DNA of 64,000 nucleotides from Perkinsus olseni (Eukaryota): NCBI GenBank assembly GCA_013115125.1, contig JABANN010000002.1, positions 124,001 to 188,000 of the forward strand, read 5' to 3'. Shown piece by piece: positions 53,433 to 64,000 of this stretch (position 1 is its first letter; each line of letters starts with the position of its first letter). The notes under the pieces were generated by a model. It saw only the letters and a program-made list of their open reading frames with translations, ran no database searches and was not told where the DNA came from. The position numbers and the translations under genes were made by a program.

Positions 53433-55314
53433 TTACATGTAAATGCGCTGACGTGCCTGCGAAAAAACTGCGTTGAGAAATAGCAAGATTGCAAGATTCT
53501 CACTTGAATGGGGTGTCGACAGGTAGGACAGTACTTCAGACGCGAGGAGCAATCCGCGCAGAGGACATGGCCTGGAGGAACCAGAACTCGGGTCGTCGGT
53601 GGTCGCGGGTTCGATCCCCGGTGCCGCCATTTCCTTACCACAGGGAGACAGCGACGTATTCCACATGTTCTCGAAGCAAACGATACATAATGGATCGTTC
53701 AACCCTGAGAATGAAAAAATTAACAAAAGAACTTCGCTCCGCTAGAAATCTCACCTTGACGAAGGCCAAGGCCGCTGCTACTGGTGTCAGCATCATTACT
53801 ACGCTGCTGCTGCAACTGGCGCATGGCCAGCGCCAAATGAACCTACGATTCGAGGAAGGTGTGGTATGAGAATATATCGCGAATGCTTCATAACCACGAT
53901 TAAGCTCCTCTCGACACTATCACAAACCGAGTGTCCTCCTGTCGAAAGCAGAGGTTCGTTCAATCCCTCATAAAAACAGGTTGTGGTCACGAAAGTAGCA
54001 TAAAATTTCACACATAAGACGACGAATTTCCCGAAAGCCTCACAACCAACTGCATCGCAGCAAAAGAATAGCCGTAGCCTAGCTGACCTTCCTCGTAGCC
54101 TTGACAATAGTCGAGCACACTCCCTCGAGGTCCTCCGAGGTCAGACCCTGCATATCATATTCACCCATCAGGAGGCTCTTCGATCGCCTTGCCGCAAGCA
54201 ACGACTGAGGGGAGACATGGACGACCAACTTTAGCGACAAAATCGTCACACTATGACAATCTCTTCCAGTCTTACGAGAATTTCAGGAGACCTAAGTCAA
54301 GAGTAATCGCGAGAGTTCTCGCCCTATGACGATTTCTGAGTTTCCAACTACGCCGGCGACCCCTGCTAGCTCAATCATTCCAGTGTCGTGAACCTCTCGG
54401 GACGAACAATCTTTTTTATGCACGCCCGCGGACATCAACAAGATGCGTATCTTTTACCTCGGAGATCGACAAGTACTCCTCCTTCTGAGCATCATAATCC
54501 TTAACATAACGGTTACAGTCGGCCTGGTAGCATAAATTTCAGCGATGACCTCCACGGCGTCCACCAAAATGAAGCAAAGATACTCATGGTTACCCTCAGT
54601 TGCTCCAGTCGAGCCCAAGATTCCTTCAGGCACTCGCTGGACACCACCGCCTTCTCGCGAATCTCTGAACCATTTTGAATTTGCACGCACGCGCAAGAAG
54701 ATACGCTCGCCACCTACTGGTGATCTCCTCGATGACAGCGTCACACGTCTCGACCGTCTTGTCCGCCAAGTCCACCGCGTTGTATCTACCTCGCCAGGGC
54801 GTCACCCATCAACCGCCACCACGGCCGCGCTTCCACGCACGCGACGAGCGTTGTATTTTTCATTGGGAAAAGATCGCAAGTCGATGAGCACCGAAGCGGC
54901 GATGGAAAAGGAGACAGACAGGTGTAAGTTCCGATCGGGCGAGCGAAAAAGAACAGGGCGTAGCGAGATATTTCGTGGCGCGTGACGCTGTCTCCTGCAA
55001 TCTTACACTTTCGCCGCGCTCTCTTCCTCCGTCGCAGACCCATCAATGCTCCCATCATCTATCAAGAGGACATTCGGCATGTAGGAAATTCTCGCGCGCC
55101 ACGAAATTCAGAAAACGCTCACCCGACTGCGACACCATCCTGTCCACTTTCTGCATATCTTTGTCAACGGTCTGCGACGATCCGACCTGTCCTGAGCCTT
55201 CCAAGGCAGCCTGATAGCGAGTGAACGATCAACGGGAGGATTGCTGTAACGGTCGGAGGGTGAAGTACAATTTTCTTCTTCCCGCAGAAGACGATCTGTC
55301 AGTATGGAATCCAC
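53433..55314 (-). CDS. protein with a C-terminal RING-HC (C3HC4) finger, multi-exon; start uncertain
   Basis: Spliced sequence CIVCFENMWNTSLSPC|GHVLCADCSSRLKYCPTCRHPIQ|ARQRIYM*. Confidence 0.7.
53600..53629 (+). other. tRNA 3'-half-like element, antisense, in 67-nt intron 53572-53638
   Basis: tggtc gcggg ttcgatc cccgg tgccgcc a ttt. Confidence 0.8.
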
Positions 55315-55519
55315 GGTCGAAGCGCGCGCTCCGCTAATGGGTGATGATTCGAATCATCATCAGGCGTAAAAATGTACGCCTTAGGCGTACTTAAATTCCA
55401 AGAAAATTTCCCCCTTATGGCGTATGACTCGAGGAGAGAAAGTGAAATTCTGACTGTGTAATCGGTGAATGATTCAGCCATTACACAGTCAAAACTTCCC
55501 TTAATTCACCGTGAATTAC

Positions 55520-58500
55520 GCGTATAAAACCTGACTAACTATGCTCCGGAGCGTTAACTTCTGGAAGCCTGGATTGATCCCGGGATGATCGACGAAGAGG
55601 ACGGGTCCGAACTTCAATTTTGTAGTACAAAACGCTGGCAGAAAAATGGGTGAATTTCTCCGCCCCCACGATTTTACCTGTCTAACAGTCGCCTTCGACA
55701 AAGCAGTCGCTAGCCTATCCGCGATCGCCTCAACCTCTTCCGGCGGTACTCCCTCTAGCTCCTCTCCTCGGTATCTTAATCATAAATACATCCTCCGATC
55801 TCATACCACTCCATCCCCACCTCTTCAACTCCTGCTGCAGACGACTCAACTCGCTCTTACCGTGTAGTGTCCGCTGGCGACGGCGGATGAGTCGACACTC
55901 GAGACTTTCAAACCTGAAATCAAAAAGTTGCTCACCATACTAACACCTCCGATAGCGCACGTCCAAGAGAAAACGGACGAATGCTCACCACAAGACACAA
56001 CTTTTCAAACATCTCGTGGGTGGTGAAAGTAGAGAGGCTTTCCGAGTAGGGAGGATCCCTACGTCTCTACCAAGGCCCGTTGAACCACTTCGTCAGACGA
56101 CGGATCCGTGGTCGATCGGATGATCGATATTCCGATCGATCTGGAGGAAGCCTGCCACCCCTTCTCACCGTTTCACTTCCTCTATCACGGCTTCATGTGT
56201 CAGCTCGCACTTTTCCGTGTGAGAGGCGACCGCACTGCGAAGATCGCTGAGTGGGAAAGATACGCCTCAACCGTTGGGTTTGGTGTGGTACTCGAAAAGC
56301 TGCGCCGCACTGTCAAGTCTTCGCCCAACTTCTTCTTCTACTTCAGAGTCTATCAGCCCGATCACACTGAAAGGAAATTCGTGTATGACCAGGATCGACC
56401 TAAGATACGTAATTCGCGACGCAGGAAACCATTCCGACCGAGAGTAGCTTGCAATCTTATAATAAAACTCGGATTAGAGCATGATTCTTTGCTATGAGCA
56501 CGCATCAACCTAAGATTCCCTCTCCCGAGACACTGATATGGGATGCACCTGGTTTCTTACCAAGCCAAGAGCGAGAGGAGGGGCAACCGGATGGTCTTAT
56601 ATCGATCAGAACGCAGGGCGAAGTGACGGAGTTTTTCGTTCATCGAGAAAATTCTATCGTTCTCGCTGTTCCACTTTCGTGAAGCAAATTTTCAGCAAAA
56701 ACATTACACGCCGTCTGAAACGCATGTAGCAGCAAGAGAATTCTCCGGCCCACCATCGGAATAATTCACCCATTTTCCCCCGCACCGTTTACCACGCTTC
56801 CTGCGGCAATTGACTCCACTCCTTTTGAGCCTTCCTGTCCGCCATCATAGCCTTTTGTGTTGAGGAAGAGGACGAATCGCCGTTACTATTCTGAGTGTTC
56901 AGTCGGATGCCGTTGTGGCTACCATTACCGGGGCCTGACAAACCAGAATACCTCAATTACAGCGCGCACGCGAAATTCAATTTCAGTCCGCTTCGCTCCG
57001 CCGGGAGAATGGCGTGCATGCGCGCAGCCACTTTAGGTACCTCACTCGCCTCCTTTCCGCCTCACATCACCGCCCAAAATTTTCACTTTCTACGGCCCGC
57101 TGGGCTCTGGCCTTTTATAACACTCCACGCTCCGACGGGAGTTGAGCTGTGTTGCTCATTATTCGCTGATCGTCTTGTGCATGGGTGAATAGCTAATACT
57201 ACCGCCCCCGAGTACAACTAGAAGACAAACTTCACACTTCTTCCCGCCTTGCAAACGGGAGAGCAACAACCTCCCACTGTAGCATTCATTCGCAACTCGC
57301 TCTGGTCGAGGGTATACGGAAGGCTACGGCACGCAAGAGCTCGACAAATTAGCGGGAATTTCTTCTGGCATCGTGAAAACCGATATAGGATCACTTACTC
57401 TGATTGCCGCCTCGTGTGGACACTGTGCTGGAACTCGAACTCTTTCCTGTAGCGGGACCCTAAGGAACAAGACAGACGAATCTTAGGTTGACGCTGGCAC
57501 TTAAAAAAAAGATCTTCTCGAAGCAAGAGACCTTCGAAGCAAATTGACGACAATATTCCTGAGTGCATTCACAGATTGATCACGAATTGAATACTTAACA
57601 AGAAATATCGAGACTACAAAATACCCATTCGTCAGAAAATCTCAGATCGAGGGTATCCAAGAAATTTTATTGAAAAGTATACGTATAAATCTAGTAACCT
57701 TCATCCTCTCCATCCACATATCTATTATGTCGCATCGACGCACGGTCCGAACCGGTATGGAAGTCGTTGGGAAGAGATGCTAACAACTTTCAGAGCACGA
57801 TGGCGACACAAGGCAAACAATGAAATCATCCCACCTCGTCTATATACCCAGCAAAGGGCCACCCCAAAAAACGTCGAACGATTTGCATAGCACTAGCAAC
57901 ACGCAGACATGCCTTGGTATTCACACCCATGGTAACTAACTAATATCAACATACAAGAATAAACTCACCTCCGGGAGAGCACTGTCGGCCATGGTATGGT
58001 GCCTCTTGGGGTAGGTAAAAATTGGCAGATCGTCGATCCTAGCCGTTGGCGATATGCAGCTAACTTGTCGGGTAACAGCAGTACAGGCGCTCAACATGGG
58101 GGACACGGGAATCGCCGCCGCGCCGGCGAAAAGGCATCCCGGCTGCGGGAGAATCTGAGCACAGACGACGATAATACCGTAGCTTCCGCTGATCGCATCT
58201 TATAACGACAGGAGACTTCAGCGCTGCTCCGATGCGAGTATTTCTTCCCGTAATGGCTAAGACACCTCAGGCTGATGCAAGTAAGTACATGCACGCACGA
58301 TGACGAATATCTGCCGCTAACCAGCATCAACCTAGGATACTTTTCTCTGTGGTCCGGAGTCTCGACTACATCTACTCAACAGTACAGAGTCAGGACTCAC
58401 AACTGGATAGAATATACGATATGAACCCAAGACCCACGATAGGATTTTCGCTCTCCCTCAATATCACCTGTCGTCTATCGATCTCTCCACTCCCTTGCGG

Positions 58501-58602
58501 CTGCTGTTGCTGTTGATGAGGCGCTACGGCGGCAGCCTGCGGACGAGTGTAGAGGGCACGACCAGCATTGGGGAAGGGTGAGGGGGGCGGGAAATAGTTC
58601 AT
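55520..58602 (-). CDS. probable multi-exon hypothetical protein gene
   Basis: MNYFPPPSPF...QQQQQPQ exon ending cag|gtgat, plus further exon-like blocks at ~57970, ~56770-56890 and ~55860-55913; gene structure not resolved. Confidence 0.3.
57748..57800 (+). repeat. short dispersed repeat shared with 26398-26450
   Basis: aaccggtatggaagtc...agagatgctaacaactttc. Confidence 0.7.
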
Positions 58603-59078
58603 AATCTTCAATAAGCGATAACTCACCTTCTCAACGCTCAACAACAAACTGTCACGTAGCAGAAACCTCAATCTGGTGGATTAGTAGCGGAAAAGTTGGT
58701 ATGAACAATTGTGCACGCGTGCACAACCAGGACGAAAACGGCGGCTTGATACGCCGCAGTGTGTGATAATGTACATCACTTTAATACAGATAAAAGTGGG
58801 CATATGCCACCGGGGAATAATGGACTTATAAAAACGTGCACTACTATGCGCTCCGTGAAGAGAACTACGCCCGTGGTGATCATCCGTACTGGGCGAATAC
58901 GTCCCTGAAGTCGCAGAGTGAGGGAAAAGGTCAGATTTATAGTGAGAATGTAGCGGGCATTTACTAGACTGCAAACTAGCCCTGGAAATTGCCGCCGCTC
59001 GAACTGACCGTTTAGAGTACAAAATAAAATAAAAACAAGCAAACAATCACGTACATCACGCAGTTGAAAACAGAAAGA

Positions 59079-59255
59079 CTGTGATGTTATTGACAAGGAG
59101 AACAAGATCGTGGGTTCGATCCCGGCATGATGCATTTAATACTGCCATAAAATTGCCCTCACGACCTCTCTACGCACACCACGTACTTGAAAACTGATAA
59201 TAGGGAGAGCAAGGTCGTGAGTTCGATCCCGGCATGATGCATTTAATACTGCCAT
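59079..59255 (+). repeat. 107-bp period duplication, each unit carrying a tRNA 3'-half-like element (59105-59134, 59212-59241)
   Basis: ag(a/g)tcgtg(g/a)gttcgatcccggcatgatgcatttaatactgccat occurs twice. Confidence 0.85.
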
Positions 59256-59623
59256 GAACTTGCTCCTACTACCTCTCTACACAGCGGGCACCTGTGCATA
59301 TGCCGCTCGGACCCATCATCCGAACATCTCTCGAAACACTCGAGGAAGCATTTCTCGTGCAAACAATGTCCGCACGGCAGCTGGCGTAGCAAATCTCCAA
59401 CTTTAAATTGATCGAGACAGATGGCGCAGCTCCTCCCTCGAAACTCGCTCGTCAAGGCCGTCAACTTCAAGCACTTAGTGTTGCTCTGGGCCCACTGTTC
59501 GAACTCTTCCTTCGCTTTGAAGTGGGCCACTCCCTTCTTATAAGAGTAGATGAAGGCGAGGACCACCATGAGGACGAGGATGCTGCCCAGCGTGTAGGCG
59601 AGGATTTCGTCCAGGCTTGACAT
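59243..59623 (-). CDS. transmembrane RING-H2 (ATL-like) E3 ligase, array member 1
   Basis: N-terminal TM; CAICL..LPCGHCLHEKC..CPLCR. Confidence 0.85.
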   Translation of the reverse strand: MSSLDEILAYTLGSILVLMVVLAFIYSYKKGVAHFKAKEEFEQWAQSNTKCLKLTALTSEFRGRSCAICLDQFKVGDLLRQLPCGHCLHEKCFLECFERCSDDGSERHMHRCPLCREVVGASSWQY

Positions 59624-60204
59624 TATAGTGAAAATAACAGTTTTAAAATCTAGACATGTGAACCAACCTGAAGACGGGCAAAATTTCAAAATAAGATGAA
59701 ACTAATTTTCGAGCTGAGAACGATCCACTTTCCGAATTACTTAAGATTTTCTGCTAAAGGAACTCTTTTTATACGGGACAGTTGTTCATGATCATCGCGA
59801 GATCGGTGGCGAACAACAGTGCTGTGAGAAATCCAGTGGTCGGGCGCTGATCGTAGGCAAGTATGAGTTGATGTACGTATGCGTGCTGCTGCCGCTCCGA
59901 GGAAGAGAACAAGAGGACAAGGTGGCTCGGGCCTAGAGCTGCCACTTCAACCTGACGCAGAGCATAAGATACTCAAACGAGGCCCCACCAAGGAACACTC
60001 AACACTCTAATTTGGTAGAAAAGTGGTATGCAAACAAACGTCGACCTGTGCGGGCGAGAAAAATAGAAAACAGAACTACTAAGAAATTCAAACAAGCGTG
60101 AGGAATTTCGAGCGCCCCCTGATAAATATGACAGATGCCGCGTTGTTCAGAAAATCGACAAAATCTCATGAACTTGGCATAAACATTTTCGCTAGCTCAA
60201 CGAC

Positions 60205-60372
60205 GTGCGTCGGCCGAGCGCTCGAAAGAAGTTATTTTCCGAGCAGTAGGGCTCGTAGTGACGACCGTTCGAATTCTACAGCTCAGCGACAAAGACGGCA
60301 AGTCCGCCGAGCGCTCGAAAAAACTATTTACCGAACAGTAGGGCTCGCAATGATGGGCGTTCAAATTCTACA
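60205..60372. repeat. ~93-bp period diverged duplication of the 3' end of RING gene 2
   Basis: gccgagcgctcgaaa...ccga.cagtagggctcg...cgttc.aattctacag occurs twice. Confidence 0.8.
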
Positions 60373-60794
60373 GTGCAGCGGCAGAGAGGACAAGTCCGTC
60401 TGCTCGACCCCAACGATATCCACGACGACGCACAGTCTAGGTGATACACGTGGCCGCAGCTAAGGCGAACCACCATGTGGCCAGGGTCGTACTCAGAAAG
60501 GCAGATCGAACAGGTCCCGTGTGTTTGGGCCTCTATATACAATCCCTCAGCGGTCTTGAAGCGACGCCGAGCGTACCGGACCGATAGAAATCTCAGAAAA
60601 CCCTTACCGTACATACGAACGACGACACCGGCCAGGAAAAAGCAGCTGGCAATGGCGATGACTAAAGCCAGCCTGACTGTGTCCGGTAGGTTTGTGAAAC
60701 AGAATGTGAGAAGGGCGGCCGAGGCTGCTACGACCAGGCCGACATAGCAGGCGGAGGCCGCCTGACTCAACCGATGCTGACGACGGGAATCCAT
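60324..60794 (-). CDS. transmembrane RING-H2 E3 ligase, array member 2
   Basis: Two TMs; CSICL..LSCGHVYHLDCASSW..CPLCR. Confidence 0.88.
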   Translation of the reverse strand: MDSRRQHRLSQAASACYVGLVVAASAALLTFCFTNLPDTVRLALVIAIASCFFLAGVVVRMYGKGFLRFLSVRYARRRFKTAEGLYIEAQTHGTCSICLSEYDPGHMVVRLSCGHVYHLDCASSWISLGSSRRTCPLCRCTVEFERPSLRALLFGK

Positions 60795-61739
60795 TCATAG
60801 ACACCAATGGACGACAACTGACAAAATGTCGCAGATTTCACTGCAATTTATTGACTTGCGAAATTACTTTTTACTAGCACTAATTTTCATCCAACGAACG
60901 GAGCGCATTGTCTCAAACAGAAAGCAGAATTGAACCACGCCTGAAAACTCTCTCTAATTTTGCAGCTTTACCCCAGCCTCGCGAACGAGGATGAGAAATC
61001 CGTAACTTGTGTAGTACATCGACAATTACATTCTGCATAAGACGTCAGTCGACCGCCACTGAAGGGAAAATAACGAAAAAAAACATCACAAAATCCTCCC
61101 GAGCTCATCCATCCCCGAATTTACGATTAACCACCTCCCTCGTTTTCATCGTTTTCGTCCGAGGTACGCAGTCCGAAACCTCAAACAAGCTGACCGAGGT
61201 CCGAAAATATAGACTGCGAAGCTGCGCCGGAGATGACAAGCCGTTAATAAGTTACCTAGGGAATAAAGGATTTCATTTTGATAAAATTGCTCGGCGAGAG
61301 GGCCTCCCGAGAGAACATCTCCACGGAAAAAAAGACAAGTCCGAAAACACCAACCCAACACGTCGCGAAAACCGAGATCGCAGTTCCCCAGGGGAAGGAA
61401 GTACTTCCGATGGCCGAAAAAGACCGAATAATGCGCGAAAATGTACACAGATCTCTCTGGAAATGATCGTCACGGAAGCCGACAGAACCGGCTATCGGCT
61501 AAGCAGAATGAGTTGTCCGGCTCATCGCCATAGACGACTCGCTAATACTCACGATGATGATGAAAGTGAAAAAAGTCTAAGAATACGCCTCCGAATTTGC
61601 GTTCCGTATCTGCACGCATGCGCTAAATCTTCAGTGTGCGGAGGCGTATCTTCGTGGCAGATGCTCTGCTACTACTACCTATGGTAAAAAAGGTATTAAT
61701 AACAATACTAGAGTACAGCAATCTCGAGGATCGTGAAAA

Positions 61740-62183
61740 CTACCGTGCCAAGCGAACACGGCAGACCGGGCATGCAGCCCGATTAGGCCTCACAGCGGCG
61801 CCCGTTTCCAACCACAGCGAGAAGCATTGGTCATGAAAGTGATGGTTGCATGAGAGGACGATAACAGAATCTCCATTATCGAAGTCGTCCAGACAAATCG
61901 GGCACATCCCCGGGCTCGGAGAGGCAGCAGCGGCGACTGCGAACTTATCGGGAAGTCCCTCGGTCGAGGCCTTTGACCGTCTACTGGCGGCGAACCTACT
62001 AACCAGTAGGGTCGTCACCACGATGATGAGCAGGCCTAGGCCGCTAGCAGCGAGAGCTATCAAAGGCCAGGACGAGGGAGACAAGGAAATGGAGGTGAGT
62101 AGGGCGGCAGTGAAGGCGACGATGACCAGAGCGCAGAGGGCGTAGGCTGCCACGCGAAGCCTTATAGAGGGAGCCGCAGCCAT
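61740..62183 (-). CDS. transmembrane RING-H2 E3 ligase, array member 3
   Basis: Two TMs; CPICL..LSCNHHFHDQCFSLW..CPVCR. Confidence 0.88.
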   Translation of the reverse strand: MAAAPSIRLRVAAYALCALVIVAFTAALLTSISLSPSSWPLIALAASGLGLLIIVVTTLLVSRFAASRRSKASTEGLPDKFAVAAAASPSPGMCPICLDDFDNGDSVIVLSCNHHFHDQCFSLWLETGAAVRPNRAACPVCRVRLAR

Positions 62184-62845
62184 TAGGGATGAACAGAGTA
62201 TCTCCCCTACGGAAAGAGAGGTGGGTTCGCCTGTGGGAGTGGCAACGCAACAGAGGACCACCGATAGCCTCCGAGACAACCGTTCTGCGATGAGTCATAG
62301 AGAAAACGGAAACAACAGCAATTTGTCTAGACACGGTTAGAATAGCTTTTACTTACCTTCAAGGACGCTCGCGTTCGAACGAGAGCTTCTTGTCTTCAAT
62401 TCCCTGCTCATCTGCTTCATCTGCAGCAGCAGTAGCATCATTGATGACCTGCAAGGAAGGGCGAGTCGGGGAAAGAGCGGTAGTCACTGTCGCCGGTGAC
62501 ACAATGACTCGGTAAACAAGAGACTGTAAACTGTACACACCGCGATAGTGATGATGATGAACAACAACAAGAATAATAAATATTAAATAGTAAAGAGCAC
62601 GGCCTTTCCGAAGTGAAAAAGGCCGGCCCGAACGATCATACCGTTGGCAAGCAGCTAACAGCAGCTTCCCACTCGACCAGGACTCATCAGCGACATCTCG
62701 CAAACGACAGTACACGGGTTTCCAATGGAACTACGAACGTTCATATCGCATCAGTGACCGCCATAAAACAGCTCAAAGGAGCTGACGAAAACACTGCTGT
62801 TCCGCGCACAACGACAAGGAGTCCATGGTCAAGTGGGGCCAGTAG

Positions 62846-63427
62846 TCACCAAATCCGCATCAGCTGTGTGTTCTGTCTCGGGTCCCTCGGCCCTGTCGTC
62901 TCTCGCGGCCCAACTCGACTGCGACACATCGGACACTTCCGCTCATTGAAAGTTGACGCTGTGAAACACTCTCGAAAGCAGTCTTCGTGGAAGCGATGAC
63001 CACATGGCAACTCGAGAATAGCATCGCCTGGGTCGTATTCTGCCAGACAGATGGAACAGCAGCCGTGGCTGCTCTCAGCTGAGGCCTCTAAGTCATCCGG
63101 CGTCACCTGATACCGACTAGTCTTCTTCGACACCCAGTCCCTGAACTCATCGCTGTGGTCCGGTTCCTTGTGCCACTCCAACATCATCTCGTAGCGCGTG
63201 AAGGCCAGGATCGTGCAGGGAACCGCGACTCCCAGGATAGAGGCGTAGACCGCTATGAGCAGCCACAGTAATGCACCATGGCAGAAGAGGGCGAGCACAA
63301 TGCCAATGACAACGACTATGATCAGCCAGGCCAGCCAGAGCTTGAGGTACCCCCCTCGACCGAAGCTTCTAGCCAGCAATTCACCCCAGCCTGTATGCTG
63401 ACCCGCTGGCCGCTCGGATTCCATGAT
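62846..63427 (-). CDS. transmembrane RING-H2 E3 ligase, array member 4
   Basis: Two TMs; CSICL..LPCGHRFHEDC..CPMCR. Confidence 0.88.
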   Translation of the reverse strand: MMESERPAGQHTGWGELLARSFGRGGYLKLWLAWLIIVVVIGIVLALFCHGALLWLLIAVYASILGVAVPCTILAFTRYEMMLEWHKEPDHSDEFRDWVSKKTSRYQVTPDDLEASAESSHGCCSICLAEYDPGDAILELPCGHRFHEDCFRECFTASTFNERKCPMCRSRVGPRETTGPRDPRQNTQLMRIW

Positions 63428-63787
63428 GAACGGGAAAAACACGACCGGCCTGGAACGACGGGGGTCACCTCCTGCACATCACACAACAGAAATAATTTTT
63501 CTATTGAAACACTCTGAGACTAACCTACTACTTAGGATCTAAAATACCGGATAAAATAGCCGCTCCTCCCACAGTCACATGCCGCAGTGGACAGCGGCCG
63601 ACTTGGAAGAGGTTCGATGAGAAGAATATTTGAAATTATGACATGACGACAGCGATAGTAGTGCAAGGAGTGCCCTCACGGAGTGCAGCAAAAAATGAAA
63701 ATTTACGACCGAGGTCTCGAGGGGCCCTCTGGTCTCCACAACGACAGAGATTTAATCGCGAATGTTGAGGCCGTACAAGATCCACGC

Positions 63788-64000
63788 TCAATTACCAACA
63801 CCACCATGAGCATCTTCGACGTCGTCCGAGCCGGAATCACGCTCCTCATCCCCACGATGAGGGTTCGAACCGATCTCATAGGAGCCGTCAAGACGTCTTC
63901 GCGGTAGCTTCGGTCCTAGCGTGGCCCGACACAGCGGACACCGATGTTGAGCTGCCTTGCGCCCTCGCGGCAGGCCATGGAAGCACTCGCCGAAGCATGC
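63788..64000 (-). CDS. 3' end of a fifth RING-H2 gene (not in the ORF track)
   Basis: Own translation: ACFGECFHGLPRGRKAAQHRCPLCRATLG...GVGN*. Confidence 0.75.
   Translation of the reverse strand, partial: ACFGECFHGLPRGRKAAQHRCPLCRATLGPKLPRRRLDGSYEIGSNPHRGDEERDSGSDDVEDAHGGVGN

Noticed and set aside
19990-59241. Intact tRNA genes
   Set aside because: No D-arm/A-box or complementary 5' acceptor strand upstream of any element; upstream sequence is often protein-coding exon

Overview
Eukaryotic, intron-rich genomic DNA with many 45-70 nt GT-AG introns. Gene style suggests a Perkinsus-like alveolate (inference only). The first ~14 kb is accessory-looking: the 3' part of an unknown gene, two tandem copies plus two fragments of a secreted phytase-like (esterase-like beta-propeller) gene, dense short palindromes and a 31-bp minisatellite. 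The rest is gene-dense: NT5C3-type pyrimidine 5'-nucleotidase, SEN54-like tRNA splicing endonuclease subunit, SEC63, RCL1, a PPEF/PP7-like phosphatase, TMEM128, a coiled-coil protein, an SDT1-like HAD nucleotidase, a RING-HC gene and a tandem array of five RING-H2 genes. The most striking unexplained signal is about ten different ~30-nt tRNA 3'-half sequences (variable loop, T-arm with B-box, acceptor 3' strand; no 5' half, no CCA). They lie inside introns of unrelated genes, mostly right next to the GT donor, and in some cases make up most of a 48-67 nt intron. Other short introns carry two further shared motifs: a 28S-rRNA-like 20-mer and the end motif of a DINE-1/HINE-like element. Exon boundaries were read by eye. 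Family assignments come from remembered motifs, not database searches.
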